A DNA stretch of 64,000 nt from Deltaproteobacteria bacterium (GCA_002683655.1 NYTS01000078.1:6683-70682), one strand, 5' to 3'. Shown: positions 38,250 to 48,100, counted from the stretch's first letter. Translations and numbers: made by a program. Notes: generated from the letters alone by a model not told the origin.

Positions 38250-39758
38250 TTGAAAGACGACCAATTAATTCTAGAGATGAACAACATCTCGAAGTCATTT
38301 AGCGGAGTGAAAGCACTAGTTGATGTGTCAATAAGCTGCAAAAAGGGAAGTGTCCATGCGTTGGTAGGTGAAAACGGAGCTGGGAAATCTACCTTGATCA
38401 AAATCCTCTCTGGGGCTCAGCGGCCAGACAAAGGCACAATCTGTTTCAAAGGTAAAAACTATGAGAGTTTCTCAACTCGTGAGGCTCTAAGCTTGGGGAT
38501 CAGTGTGATCTATCAGGAGTTGGCACTTGTTTCAGAAATGAATGTAGTAGAAAACATTTTTTTGGGTCGAGAAATTAGGATGACTGTTGGAATCATTGAT
38601 TCAGCTAGAATGAGGCAGGAGGCGAATAGGCTACTTGAACAGATGGGCATAAAGATTAATGTGAATCGTGAAGTAGGAGAGCTGAGCGTTGCTTACCAAC
38701 AAATGGTCGAGATTTCCAAAGCACTATCAAGAAATGCAGATTTGATTGTGATGGATGAGCCTTCAGCAATTTTGGCAGGACACGAACTAGAACAATTGTT
38801 CAGGATTATTCAGTCGCTCAAAGATAATGGGGTAACAATTATTTATATTTCCCACCGATTGGAAGAGGTTTTTCGAATAGCTGATGAGGTCACAGTTCTC
38901 AAAGATGGGCAACACGTGGTTACAAGATCCATGGAGGGTCTCTCTAGAGCTGAACTTGTCAGTGCGATGGTTGGAAGAAAATTGGAAGAAGTATTCCCCC
39001 AGTCCGCAAATAAAGCTGGAGAATGTGTATTGGAAGCCAATGGAATTTCGACGGATACGATCCTAAAAAAAGTAAATCTGAAACTCCACAGAGGGGAAAT
39101 TGTGGGGTTAGCTGGAATGGTTGGATCAGGCAGAACAGAATTGGCCAGGGCGCTATTCGGAGCTGATAAACTATTTTCAGGTGAAATTAAATTAATGGGT
39201 GAACGAGTTGAATTCAGTTCACCGGCGGATGCGATCCGAAAAAAAATTTCTCTTGTACCAGAAGATCGCAAGCAACAGGGATTATTTACTGAGCTTCCTA
39301 TCAAAAACAACATCACCCTGCCGATATTGAAAAAGATTTCAAATTGGTTTTTGTTGAATCGCAAAATGGAAAGCGCCTTAGTTGAATCTTCAAAGAAGCA
39401 GCTATCAATTTCTATGGCTTCGGAGCATCTCGATGTTCAGTTCTTGAGCGGTGGAAACCAACAAAAAGTCGTATTGGCAAAATGGCTACATACCAAGCCA
39501 GAAGTAATCATCATGGATGAACCAACTAGGGGAGTTGATGTCGGAGCTAAGTTTGAGATCTATCAGTTGATGCGCCGACTTACTGAAGAGGGTATCGCAA
39601 TTTTGATGATTTCCTCTGAACTTCCCGAAATTCTTGGATTGAGTGACCGAATTCTTGTTATGTCTGAAGGGAGAATTGTTGCTGAATTGGAGCATTCCGA
39701 AGCTTCTGAGGAGAAAATTATTGAGTACGCGACGATGGGCGAATCAAAAGCAGCCTGA
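38250..39758 (+). CDS. Sugar ABC transporter ATP-binding protein with duplicated NBDs (RbsA/MglA-like)
   Basis: Two Walker A sites (GENGAGKST and GMVGSGRTE), two signature motifs and 502 aa. Confidence 0.85.
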   Translation: MKDDQLILEMNNISKSFSGVKALVDVSISCKKGSVHALVGENGAGKSTLIKILSGAQRPDKGTICFKGKNYESFSTREALSLGISVIYQELALVSEMNVVENIFLGREIRMTVGIIDSARMRQEANRLLEQMGIKINVNREVGELSVAYQQMVEISKALSRNADLIVMDEPSAILAGHELEQLFRIIQSLKDNGVTIIYISHRLEEVFRIADEVTVLKDGQHVVTRSMEGLSRAELVSAMVGRKLEEVFPQSANKAGECVLEANGISTDTILKKVNLKLHRGEIVGLAGMVGSGRTELARALFGADKLFSGEIKLMGERVEFSSPADAIRKKISLVPEDRKQQGLFTELPIKNNITLPILKKISNWFLLNRKMESALVESSKKQLSISMASEHLDVQFLSGGNQQKVVLAKWLHTKPEVIIMDEPTRGVDVGAKFEIYQLMRRLTEEGIAILMISSELPEILGLSDRILVMSEGRIVAELEHSEASEEKIIEYATMGESKAA

Positions 39759-39772
39759 AAGATGAGAATGAA

Positions 39773-40732
39773 ATGACACCTAAAAGTAATTTTCTTCAGA
39801 AACACTCTTTGATTCTTGTAGTTTACAGCCTTGTTTTTGTGCTGATCACTGTGGGGTCAATTTACTCTGAGCGGTTTTTGACCCTGCGTAATTTAACCAA
39901 TGTTCTTCGGCAAGCAGCTTATTTGGGAACGGCTGCTCTCGGAGAGATGTTAGTAATTTTGACGGCTGGCATTGATCTATCGATTGGTTCACTTGTCAAA
40001 TTAAGCGTTCTAGTTTCTGCAATTTTGATGGACGGGAATCCAGACAATGTAATGATGGCAGTAGGATTGACGCTTGCTCTCGGGCTAGGTGTTGGACTCC
40101 TTCATGCCTTTTTGATCAATGAACTGAATCTCTCCCCGTTTGTTGTAACTTTTGCCTCCCTATTCATTCTCCAGGGAATTTCTCTGACCATCACAACCAA
40201 GCCAATAGGTCGTTCAAGCAAGGACTTTTTACTTCTCTACAGTCAAAAATTTTTAGAGGTTCCCATAATTGTCTATTTCTTTGGCTTGGTTACATTAATG
40301 GTCGCGTTTCTGCTGAATATGACGGTGTTTGGAAAGCATGTATACGCCGTAGGTGGAAATCTCACCGTTGCTGAGCTCTCTGGGATCCCAGTAAAAAAAA
40401 TTCGTTATGGAGTTTATGGGATTTGCAGTTTGCTGGCTGCAGTTACAGGTTTGCTGTGGTTAATGAGAATGGGGGTGGGGGACCCAGTGATTGGGAAAGA
40501 ACTAGAACTTAATGCGATTATCGCCGTTGTGATTGGGGGAACTAGTCTTTTTGGGGGAAGGGGGACTGTTACCGGGGTGATCGGTGGTGTGCTTCTCCTC
40601 ACATTTACTGATAATCTCCTTGTAGTACTTGGAGTAAATCAATTTGTGAGCGGGTTGGTCAAGGGCTTAATCTTTGTTGCTGCTGTCGCTCTCTATAAGC
40701 CAAGTGAAAGTTTTCAAAGAGCGACAGCTTAA
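39773..40732 (+). CDS. Sugar ABC transporter permease (RbsC-like, second copy)
   Basis: It is a paralogue of the 37232 gene with conserved helices. Confidence 0.8.
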   Translation: MTPKSNFLQKHSLILVVYSLVFVLITVGSIYSERFLTLRNLTNVLRQAAYLGTAALGEMLVILTAGIDLSIGSLVKLSVLVSAILMDGNPDNVMMAVGLTLALGLGVGLLHAFLINELNLSPFVVTFASLFILQGISLTITTKPIGRSSKDFLLLYSQKFLEVPIIVYFFGLVTLMVAFLLNMTVFGKHVYAVGGNLTVAELSGIPVKKIRYGVYGICSLLAAVTGLLWLMRMGVGDPVIGKELELNAIIAVVIGGTSLFGGRGTVTGVIGGVLLLTFTDNLLVVLGVNQFVSGLVKGLIFVAAVALYKPSESFQRATA

Positions 40733-40746
40733 ATTTTACTGAAAAA

Positions 40747-40782
40747 GGAGATCAATTCGGCTTGAGTCAGTGACTGATCTCC
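40747..40782. terminator. Candidate bidirectional hairpin between convergent genes (ABC permease at 39773 and sugar-binding protein at 40801)
   Basis: An 8-bp inverted repeat ggagatca…tgatctcc with a ~20-nt loop and no clear U-tract, so it is a weak call. Confidence 0.2.
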
Positions 40783-40800
40783 CCAATACCATGAGAAAAA

Positions 40801-41937
40801 TTATTTTCTCAAGTATCCTAGCTTCGACAACCTTTCTGCTGGGAAAAGAACTGGTCCAAACACATCATCGCTCCAGTCCTTATTGAAGTACTCCTGACCT
40901 TCAACATTTGAGAAGGTACCTGTTCCGGGAATATGATCGACGAAGTCAATAAATCGAGGAACCAGCCTGCCACGTAGTGTGTTGATTGCCGCATCCATAC
41001 AGAGGACGATCATCGCATTAGGATATTGCCAAGCTCCATATTCCAAGTTGTTTTCTACAGCCTGTCTTAAAAATCCGTTTGCGAACTCACCACCACCCAT
41101 CGGTGGAATTTTCATACCCTTGTCTAGATAGGCGCTAACAATTCCTTGAGACATTTGGGCGCCTCCGGACCAAATTCCATCCACTCCGCTTCCATGCTTA
41201 ACAAGCCAGGTCTCCATCACTCGTTTGGCTTCTGCTGTAGACCAGTTACCTGGTTGAACATCAATTAGTTCGATCCCTGGATATTTATTGAAAGTGGCTT
41301 TACCTCCAGCTTCCATAATATCAGATGTACTAACGCCAGGGATACCAGTCATCATCAGGACCTTCCCTTTGCCATTCAGACGCTTGGCTAGATACTCTGC
41401 GAGTCCTGCTCCACTGGCATAAAGATTAGTCCCTACCTCTGTCACAAAATTATCTGTTTCAACCGAACTTGCACACAAAATCACAGGGACACCCTCAGCC
41501 ATTGCGCGTTCCACTGGGGCTGACAAGGCCGCTGCTCCCATGGGTACAAGAATGAGGGCATCAGGTTCTTGGGCGAGTAAATCTTCAACTTGAGGAACCT
41601 GTTTGTCAGCCGATGCTTGTGCATCAGCGTAAAGCAATTCTCCTACAACACTTGAGCCTAATTGCTCAGCATACCAGTTAGCATGTTCGTCAAATAAAGC
41701 AGACCAAGAATTACTGGTTCCTTGAGCTGCTAGAGCAATCCGATAGGGGCCTTCCTTACGAAATTCGGTTGCGTCATAATTCTCACCTTTTCGCTTAAGT
41801 ACACTTTGTAAATAGGGTGAATTACTAATTTCAGCATCTGTGAAGCTGTCAGCTGCAGAAACTTGGAAGCCTGTGGAAGCAAAAAGAATTGCTAACCCAG
41901 CTGCCATCTTATTCATGAGTTGGAATCTTTTTTTCAC
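40801..41937 (-). CDS. Periplasmic sugar-binding protein (type I PBP, RbsB-like)
   Basis: A signal peptide is followed by a type-I periplasmic binding fold. It is convergent with the ABC genes. Confidence 0.7.
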   Translation of the reverse strand: MKKRFQLMNKMAAGLAILFASTGFQVSAADSFTDAEISNSPYLQSVLKRKGENYDATEFRKEGPYRIALAAQGTSNSWSALFDEHANWYAEQLGSSVVGELLYADAQASADKQVPQVEDLLAQEPDALILVPMGAAALSAPVERAMAEGVPVILCASSVETDNFVTEVGTNLYASGAGLAEYLAKRLNGKGKVLMMTGIPGVSTSDIMEAGGKATFNKYPGIELIDVQPGNWSTAEAKRVMETWLVKHGSGVDGIWSGGAQMSQGIVSAYLDKGMKIPPMGGGEFANGFLRQAVENNLEYGAWQYPNAMIVLCMDAAINTLRGRLVPRFIDFVDHIPGTGTFSNVEGQEYFNKDWSDDVFGPVLFPAERLSKLGYLRK

Positions 41938-42114
41938 TTTACACTCCGATTGAGTTGAAAACTAATGAGAAATCGGAAAGACTTATACTCCAAGAATTGA
42001 CGATGTCAATCTAAGTTATCTTTCGTCGCAAACGCCGCGACAAGAATTTTTTGTCAGACAACTGAACCTAACTTACTAAGTTCATGTGAAATTAGTTTTA
42101 AATCAAGGTGAAAA

Positions 42115-42684
42115 ATGGAAGAAAAATATTCAAACGCCGAACATCAGAAGCCTGTAGGAAAGATGAATCGAGAAGAAATAGATGTGTTTCTTGCCAAGGG
42201 CTATACCCTGCGTTTAGCTTGTCTCAAGCCTGATGGGTCTCCATTTGCTGTTCCCTGTTGGCATCACTGGGAGAGTCTGGAAGTATGTGAAAATGGGTCA
42301 TCCTGCGATTGTATTAATGGATGTTTTTGGGTTATTCCCCGTGCACGTTCGAAATGGGCGGAATATCTGAAAAACGATCCTCGTTGTAGTTGGGTTGTGG
42401 ATGACGATCAGACGATGGAAAAAATTATTTGTGAGGGTGTTGCTGAGTTGATCGAAGAGAATGTAGTGGAAGGCAGATGGGTTGGGATCGCAGACAAGAT
42501 GGCAGTCAGGTATTTGGGACCCGATGGTCCGACCTACCTTGTGCCTACACTAAATCAGCCAAGGTGGCTTTTTAGACTCAGACCTACAAAATTAAGAAGT
42601 TGGCAAGGGGTAGGCTGGGCAAAGAGCTATTGGGTGAATTCTACAGGAGGACCGAACTGGGAAGAGGCTCATCAGAAAAGTTGA
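42115..42684 (+). CDS. Split beta-barrel flavin/deazaflavin oxidoreductase (PPOX/FDOR-like) with a Cys/His-rich insertion
   Basis: The FDOR-like core (EEIDVFLAKGYTLRLACLKPDGSPFAVP … FWVIPRARSKWAEYLKNDPRCSWVV) is interrupted by CWHHWESLEVCENGSSCDCINGC (nt 42256-42324). The probable start is M17 (42163). Confidence 0.55.
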   Translation: MEEKYSNAEHQKPVGKMNREEIDVFLAKGYTLRLACLKPDGSPFAVPCWHHWESLEVCENGSSCDCINGCFWVIPRARSKWAEYLKNDPRCSWVVDDDQTMEKIICEGVAELIEENVVEGRWVGIADKMAVRYLGPDGPTYLVPTLNQPRWLFRLRPTKLRSWQGVGWAKSYWVNSTGGPNWEEAHQKS

Positions 42685-43370
42685 TTGAGCCGAGAGTGGA
42701 TCTCGATTTTTTCTAAGTAATTTTGAGTGAGAGTTTGCTTGGGTCTCATCGAGATTGCTCTCAGATCATTGGGGGTGTCGATATCAAGACCGATCCCATC
42801 TGAGAATTTTGTTCGGCAGGAAAGATTTAACTTTAATCCCTGCTTAAGATGCTTTGCGTAACTATCTGCACCGAAACAGAATGGCAAAAGATTAGGTGGT
42901 GAAAGAACTAAGCAGTTGGTTCCTCCCTTGTCAAGTGATGGGACGATAGTCATCCCTAAATGAACGCTGTGGCCACATACTATATACCGAAACTCTGAAG
43001 CTTTTGCCAATGGGATGTCGGCAGGGAACAGACACATTGCCCCAATGTGTTTGTTGAGTAACCAATTTGATGCCTCTCCTGCAGCATGATTCAGCCCCAA
43101 CTCTTCTGAAGTCTGTAGATGAAGGACGCCTTTTCTCCTAATGATTGGGGCCGCTTCCTCACAGTTTGTTGCCACCAAAACTCCATCAAAGACTTCACTG
43201 GCAGTCGCAGCTTCGAGAACATCCTCCAACATATTCAAAGAAAGAAACTTTCGCTCCTCAGATGAAAGAATCGGTGCCAGGCGCTGTTTTGCTTGTTGAA
43301 TTTGTTTGAATGGAATAACTGCCCACACTAGCTCAATAATTAAAAAGGGTATTTCAAATAGATTTGGCAA
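42672..43370 (-). CDS. cofC: 2-phospho-L-lactate (or PEP/3-PG) guanylyltransferase CofC/FbiD
   Basis: The N-terminus AVIPFKQIQQAKQRL…LSSEER…MLEDVL and a later GGTN motif are characteristic of CofC. It overlaps cofD by 17 nt. Confidence 0.7.
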   Translation of the reverse strand: MPNLFEIPFLIIELVWAVIPFKQIQQAKQRLAPILSSEERKFLSLNMLEDVLEAATASEVFDGVLVATNCEEAAPIIRRKGVLHLQTSEELGLNHAAGEASNWLLNKHIGAMCLFPADIPLAKASEFRYIVCGHSVHLGMTIVPSLDKGGTNCLVLSPPNLLPFCFGADSYAKHLKQGLKLNLSCRTKFSDGIGLDIDTPNDLRAISMRPKQTLTQNYLEKIEIHSRLNQLF

Positions 43371-44319
43371 ACTTGAGTGTTTTCTCAGCCAACTGAATCT
43401 TTGCTTCTATATCATTCATTATCGTGTCCGCAACTAAAACTGCGATTCCAAGTTTTTCAAGTTGTTTAGCTTCTTGATGATCCCTCTGGTCTAGCACAAA
43501 TCCATGAATCAACCCTTGGTAGTGCTTTGCAACTGTAGTCGCAGAAACTGGATAGCCAAGTTCTCTCAAATTCTTTGCTGCAGGTCCCTTGATCGCAGCT
43601 CCACCAACAATAGGTGTGACTGCTACGATTTTTGCTCCAGAGTCAGCGAATTCTTTTTTTAGCCCTTGGATTGAGAGAATCGGATCGATGCTGAGCAATG
43701 GATTTGAGGGGCAGAAAATAATGCTCAGCAAATCTTTATTCTTCAGCGCTTTGGTCAATTCTTTTAGTGGGAAAGCTGATTCAGAGCCCTGGAAGTGCAG
43801 ATTTTGAATTCGTGGCTTGCAGCGTTCCCGAACAAAGTACTCCTGGAAATTTAAGACACCAATATCTGTTTCTACAATTGTTCGTAAATGGTCATCTGTT
43901 GCGGGAATAATTTTCGCTCCAATGCCAAAAGTTCTTCTGAAATAGTCAGTGATTTCAGAGAGACTTTGACCATCTTGAAGGCGCCGTGTTCGTTCTACAT
44001 GTGTAGCTAAATCTTGGTCACCAAGCTGAAACCATGTGTCACCTCCTAGTTCCTTCATCGCCGACATGAACTCCCAAGTCTCATTCGCTAATCCCCAACC
44101 CTTTTCGATATCTGATTTTCCAGACAAGGTATAGAGTAAGGTGTCGATATCTGGAGATACATGTAATCCAAAATGTCGGAAGTCGTCACCAACATTGCCG
44201 ATGACCATCAGGTCTTCGGATTGAATTATTTTTTCTAAGCCAAGGGCTAACTTAGCCCCGCCCACTCCTCCAGAAACTGCGATAAACTTTGCGGAATTAT
44301 TCTGCTTTTTGTTTTCCAC
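43354..44319 (-). CDS. cofD: 2-phospho-L-lactate transferase (LPPG:FO transferase) CofD
   Basis: The N-terminus FIAVSGGVGGAKLALGL is present and the CofD/YvcK fold is collinear over 321 aa. Confidence 0.85.
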   Translation of the reverse strand: MENKKQNNSAKFIAVSGGVGGAKLALGLEKIIQSEDLMVIGNVGDDFRHFGLHVSPDIDTLLYTLSGKSDIEKGWGLANETWEFMSAMKELGGDTWFQLGDQDLATHVERTRRLQDGQSLSEITDYFRRTFGIGAKIIPATDDHLRTIVETDIGVLNFQEYFVRERCKPRIQNLHFQGSESAFPLKELTKALKNKDLLSIIFCPSNPLLSIDPILSIQGLKKEFADSGAKIVAVTPIVGGAAIKGPAAKNLRELGYPVSATTVAKHYQGLIHGFVLDQRDHQEAKQLEKLGIAVLVADTIMNDIEAKIQLAEKTLKFAKSI

Positions 44320-45098
44320 TATCGAAACAAATCTTTCTCTTCAGGCCTGATTAGTTCTGAAGCTGGAATGTGCTGAGAACTTGTGTGATATCCCTCGATG
44401 AGAACAACAGGTAACCCCTCATCTGCTTGTCCCTGCATTAGTGATGCTGCAGAAGCAAGCTCATCAGCAATGGCTTCTTCACTGACTCTAAGTTGATTGC
44501 CAAAGAGGTCTGCTTGACCTCGTAGGTCTACGATTGAGGAGAGACCCGCCACCCCAATTGCAGTTCCAATTGTCCCATTACGCCATGCTCTTCCAATACT
44601 GTCATTAATGATAACTCCAATTTTACAACCTGTTTTTCTTAGCAATTCATTGTGCAACGAAGCAGCTGATTTGTCCGAATTTTCAGGTAGCATAAGGACC
44701 CAGTCATTCTCTGGGTCTTGCTCTACATTGGAATGGTCTATACCAGCGTTGGCCATAATCAATCCTTGGTGGTTTTCGACAACAAGGACGCCCTTGCGAT
44801 GGCGAATGACGCTTTTTGATTCCTGAAGAATTAACTCTACTAATCTAGGATCTTTATCGGTTTTTGCGGAATACTCGATTGCAAGAGCTGTTGGTTTGAT
44901 TGTCTTCAAATTGACAAATCGGTCTTCAGCTTTAGAGACTATTTTCTGAGCAAGAACCAAGATGCTGCCATCTTTTAGGATTAGCTTGTTCGCTTCGATT
45001 ACATCCAAAATCTTTTGGCAAAGATTATCACCCTTGTTGATCAAAGGAATACCAGGTAGGGAATGTATTCTAATTGTTTGAGGATCACTTTTTGACAA
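44319..45098 (-). CDS. cofE: Coenzyme F420-0:L-glutamate ligase CofE (single-domain form)
   Basis: The motif …GDNLCQKILD…LKDGSILVLAQKIVSKAEDR… is diagnostic of CofE. At 259 aa it has no FbiB-type nitroreductase C-domain. Confidence 0.8.
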   Translation of the reverse strand: MSKSDPQTIRIHSLPGIPLINKGDNLCQKILDVIEANKLILKDGSILVLAQKIVSKAEDRFVNLKTIKPTALAIEYSAKTDKDPRLVELILQESKSVIRHRKGVLVVENHQGLIMANAGIDHSNVEQDPENDWVLMLPENSDKSAASLHNELLRKTGCKIGVIINDSIGRAWRNGTIGTAIGVAGLSSIVDLRGQADLFGNQLRVSEEAIADELASAASLMQGQADEGLPVVLIEGYHTSSQHIPASELIRPEEKDLFR

Positions 45099-46278
45099 TT
45101 TGATCCTTAAGCCAAGTAGAAATTCCCTCTAATCCTTTCTCAAGTTTCGGTAATGAAGAGGCAAAACAAAGCCGAAGGTAAGAATCATATTGTTGCCCGA
45201 AAGCACAACCAGGAGCTAGCCCTACGTTATGGTTAATCAGTAAATCTTTGGACATGCTCATGCTGTCAGTACCATCATTAACCCTAAAAAATGAATAAAA
45301 GGTAGCTTCCGGTCTGTCAAATTCAATCCGATCTTCCGAACTTACCCAATCTGAAAACAATGAAAGTGCTTTCAGATATCTCTCGTTGCTTTCCTGAATG
45401 AAGGCTTCTCCGTCTCTCAAAGCAATAACTCCGGCTTGTTGGATGAAGGGTGGTGGGCCTGCAACATTGTATTCTGTGAGTTTTTCAAATTCTTCACTAA
45501 CTTCAACCGGAGCAGTCAGCCATCCTAGACGCCAGCCAGTCATTGCCCATGATTTGGAGAAGCTGTTCACCACTACAACCCTGTCATCTGGATCGATTAT
45601 TTCACAGAAGGATGGCGCATGTTTGTGCTTGAAGCTAAGACGTGCGTAAACTTCATCACTGACGATCCAGATTCCTTTCTTCCGAGCAAAATCTAAGACA
45701 ACTCTTTGCTCCTCTGTACTCATGGTCCAACCAGAGGGATTGTTGGGGGAATTGATAACAATTACGGATGTATCAGTTCCGCAGGTATCAAAGAGGTGGT
45801 CCAGATCGAGGTTCCATTTCCCATCTTTCATCTGCATTGGGACACCCGCTACCCTAGCACCCATTATTTTTTGTACAGCTGGAATGTTTGGCCAACTTGG
45901 TAATAGGACAACAATTTTAGAATCTTGTTGCACTAAAGCTTGGGCTGCAATCATGATTGCATTCATTGCAGAAACGGAGACTGTGATCTGCTTAAAGATG
46001 ATCTTAGTTTGATAAAGATCGTTCATATAACCAGCAATGGCTTCCCTTAACTTTGGAATCCCTGCATTAGGTGCATAGAGAGTATCTCCTTGATCGAGTG
46101 CTTCTTTTGCTGCTCTAGAAATGAAATCTGGAGTGCTGACGTCAGGCTCACCAAACCAAAATGGAACTACCTCATTTTGGTTTTCAGCAAAACGTACAAT
46201 TTCCCGAATAGGTGAAAAGGTTAATTCACGAATCTCTTTTCTGATACCAAGATGGGCACTATATGTTTTCATAATCAA
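45085..46278 (-). CDS. Class I/II PLP-dependent aminotransferase (AspC/TyrB-like)
   Basis: SFSKSWAMTGWRLGW (the PLP-Lys region) and NPSG are present. The stop overlaps the cofE start by 14 nt. Confidence 0.85.
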   Translation of the reverse strand: MIMKTYSAHLGIRKEIRELTFSPIREIVRFAENQNEVVPFWFGEPDVSTPDFISRAAKEALDQGDTLYAPNAGIPKLREAIAGYMNDLYQTKIIFKQITVSVSAMNAIMIAAQALVQQDSKIVVLLPSWPNIPAVQKIMGARVAGVPMQMKDGKWNLDLDHLFDTCGTDTSVIVINSPNNPSGWTMSTEEQRVVLDFARKKGIWIVSDEVYARLSFKHKHAPSFCEIIDPDDRVVVVNSFSKSWAMTGWRLGWLTAPVEVSEEFEKLTEYNVAGPPPFIQQAGVIALRDGEAFIQESNERYLKALSLFSDWVSSEDRIEFDRPEATFYSFFRVNDGTDSMSMSKDLLINHNVGLAPGCAFGQQYDSYLRLCFASSLPKLEKGLEGISTWLKDQIVKK

Positions 46279-46317
46279 ACAAGTAAATTGTCAAAAAAAT
46301 ATTTAAATAAATAAGTT

Positions 46318-46986
46318 TTATTGAGTCATACTTTCATCGACAATTTTAATTCCAGAACCCGCAAAGTTGTAAAATTTATTCATAAAAATCAGAACGGGAG
46401 TTAAACTTTCTGCAACAACTGCATTATCGATAGATCCACAATGCCATCCTTTCAAAGAAATTTTCGAAATCAATTGAATCACAGTTTCTCTGGCTTCTTT
46501 ATTGTTACCAAAGACCATCACCTCACCATCGGGTGTTTCAGATTTTGCAAGTGATTTTGCTGCCACGTTGTGTAAAGCAGATACAACATGAACATCATTC
46601 CCCAAAATCTCTTGGGTCATTCGAGCAACACATCCTGAGTCAGGTAACTGTACCCTTGCAACTTTAGGCGGAACGAGCGGAACAGTAGTATCAACGACAA
46701 TTTTCCCGTAAACATGAGGCTTGATTACATGAACAGTTTTTTGATGAGCTGCAAAAGGTACTGTAAGGAAAATCAATTCACTTTCATTGGCAGTTTGAGC
46801 AATTCCTTGAACCTTTAGATTTTGAACACCCAAATCCTCGTCTGAGTAACCAATTTTGGAGATCGTTTTTTCTGGAGATCTGGATCCAATCGTCACTTCA
46901 AAGCTTTCTTTAATTAATCTATGAGCTAACGCAGATCCAAGTGCACCTGAACCACCAATAATGCCAATTTTTTTGATATCAGTCAT
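46318..46986 (-). CDS. fno: F420H2:NADP+ oxidoreductase (NADPH-dependent F420 reductase, Fno/Npd family)
   Basis: KIGIIGGSGALGSALAHRL…VTIGSRSPEK and the C-terminal ESLTPVLIFMNKF are collinear with Archaeoglobus Fno. 222 aa. Confidence 0.8.
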   Translation of the reverse strand: MTDIKKIGIIGGSGALGSALAHRLIKESFEVTIGSRSPEKTISKIGYSDEDLGVQNLKVQGIAQTANESELIFLTVPFAAHQKTVHVIKPHVYGKIVVDTTVPLVPPKVARVQLPDSGCVARMTQEILGNDVHVVSALHNVAAKSLAKSETPDGEVMVFGNNKEARETVIQLISKISLKGWHCGSIDNAVVAESLTPVLIFMNKFYNFAGSGIKIVDESMTQ

Positions 46987-47144
46987 AGTGATATAAAAGT
47001 AATAGAATTTTAGAATGAAAGAAAATATTTAATAAATTTGATTCGTGTATTTCTCTTAGAATATCTCAATTTCCCATTTTTTTATTTCTGTTGAGAAAAA
47101 ATGCAAGGTAATCAAATACTAATCTAAATTCTTAGGTGATAAAA

Positions 47145-48041
47145 ATGAACCTCGGCGATATTTTATTTGTTGGTTTAGGAAATCTAGGGAGTGCGCTCAG
47201 CATTAGGATTGCTGAAGCGAGCAAGCAGTTAATGATTTACGATCTCAATCTTCAAGTCAGAGATGAGATTCAAAAAAAGCATCCCAATCTTCTTGGGGTT
47301 GATCTGCCAGCGTGCTTTTCAGAAGCGAATGTCATCCTGACTTGTTTGCCGAACTCCCAGGATGTGCAGAGCGTCGTTGACTTAGCCATCCAAAATCCAA
47401 AGAATTTAGAAAGTATACGGTACTGGATTGACACTACGTCTGGGAGTCCCAAGCTTTCTCAGCAGATTGCGGCTCAGCTTCATGGATATCAAGTTGACTA
47501 TCTGGATTGTGCCGTCTCTGGCGGACCAGCAGGCGCAAGTTCGGGTTCTCTGACGGCGATGATTGGAGGAAAAGAGGAAGCATTTCATGCCGTGAAAGCA
47601 GTGATTCAATCTTTTGCAAAGGACCTTGTTTATCTCGGGCCAGTAGGGTCTGGTCATGCTGTGAAAGCAGTCAATAATACCCTGCTAGCGGCAAACATTC
47701 TCAGTGTAGCTGAGGCAATGATTACTCTGAAATCCTTTGATGTCCCTCTAGAGAAAGCCCTGTCAGCAATCAACACATCTTCCGGACGTTCCTGGGTCTC
47801 ACAACAGAGATTTCCTGACCATGTACTATCAAGGACTTTTGACTATGGTTTTTCTTTTGGTTTGCATTGTAAAGATGTTGGTACCTTTGAGGAGATGATA
47901 AATGACCATAACCTCGAAGTATCTACCTTACGCGAAATCTTGAAGACTATGCAGGGTGCAATCATGCAATTGAATCCTGACGCTGATCACTTGGAAGTCA
48001 TTAAAATTATTGAAGATCAATCAGGATTTACGATCCAATGA
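47145..48041 (+). CDS. Beta-hydroxyacid dehydrogenase (3-hydroxyisobutyrate dehydrogenase family)
   Basis: It has an N-terminal Rossmann fold (ILFVGLGNLGSAL) and a 6PGDH-like C-domain (…GSGHAVKAVNN…). Confidence 0.75.
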   Translation: MNLGDILFVGLGNLGSALSIRIAEASKQLMIYDLNLQVRDEIQKKHPNLLGVDLPACFSEANVILTCLPNSQDVQSVVDLAIQNPKNLESIRYWIDTTSGSPKLSQQIAAQLHGYQVDYLDCAVSGGPAGASSGSLTAMIGGKEEAFHAVKAVIQSFAKDLVYLGPVGSGHAVKAVNNTLLAANILSVAEAMITLKSFDVPLEKALSAINTSSGRSWVSQQRFPDHVLSRTFDYGFSFGLHCKDVGTFEEMINDHNLEVSTLREILKTMQGAIMQLNPDADHLEVIKIIEDQSGFTIQ

Positions 48042-48100
48042 TTGCTCATGCAACTCTATAATTAAGATTTCTCAACGCATCAATTTTACTAAAAGTATAA

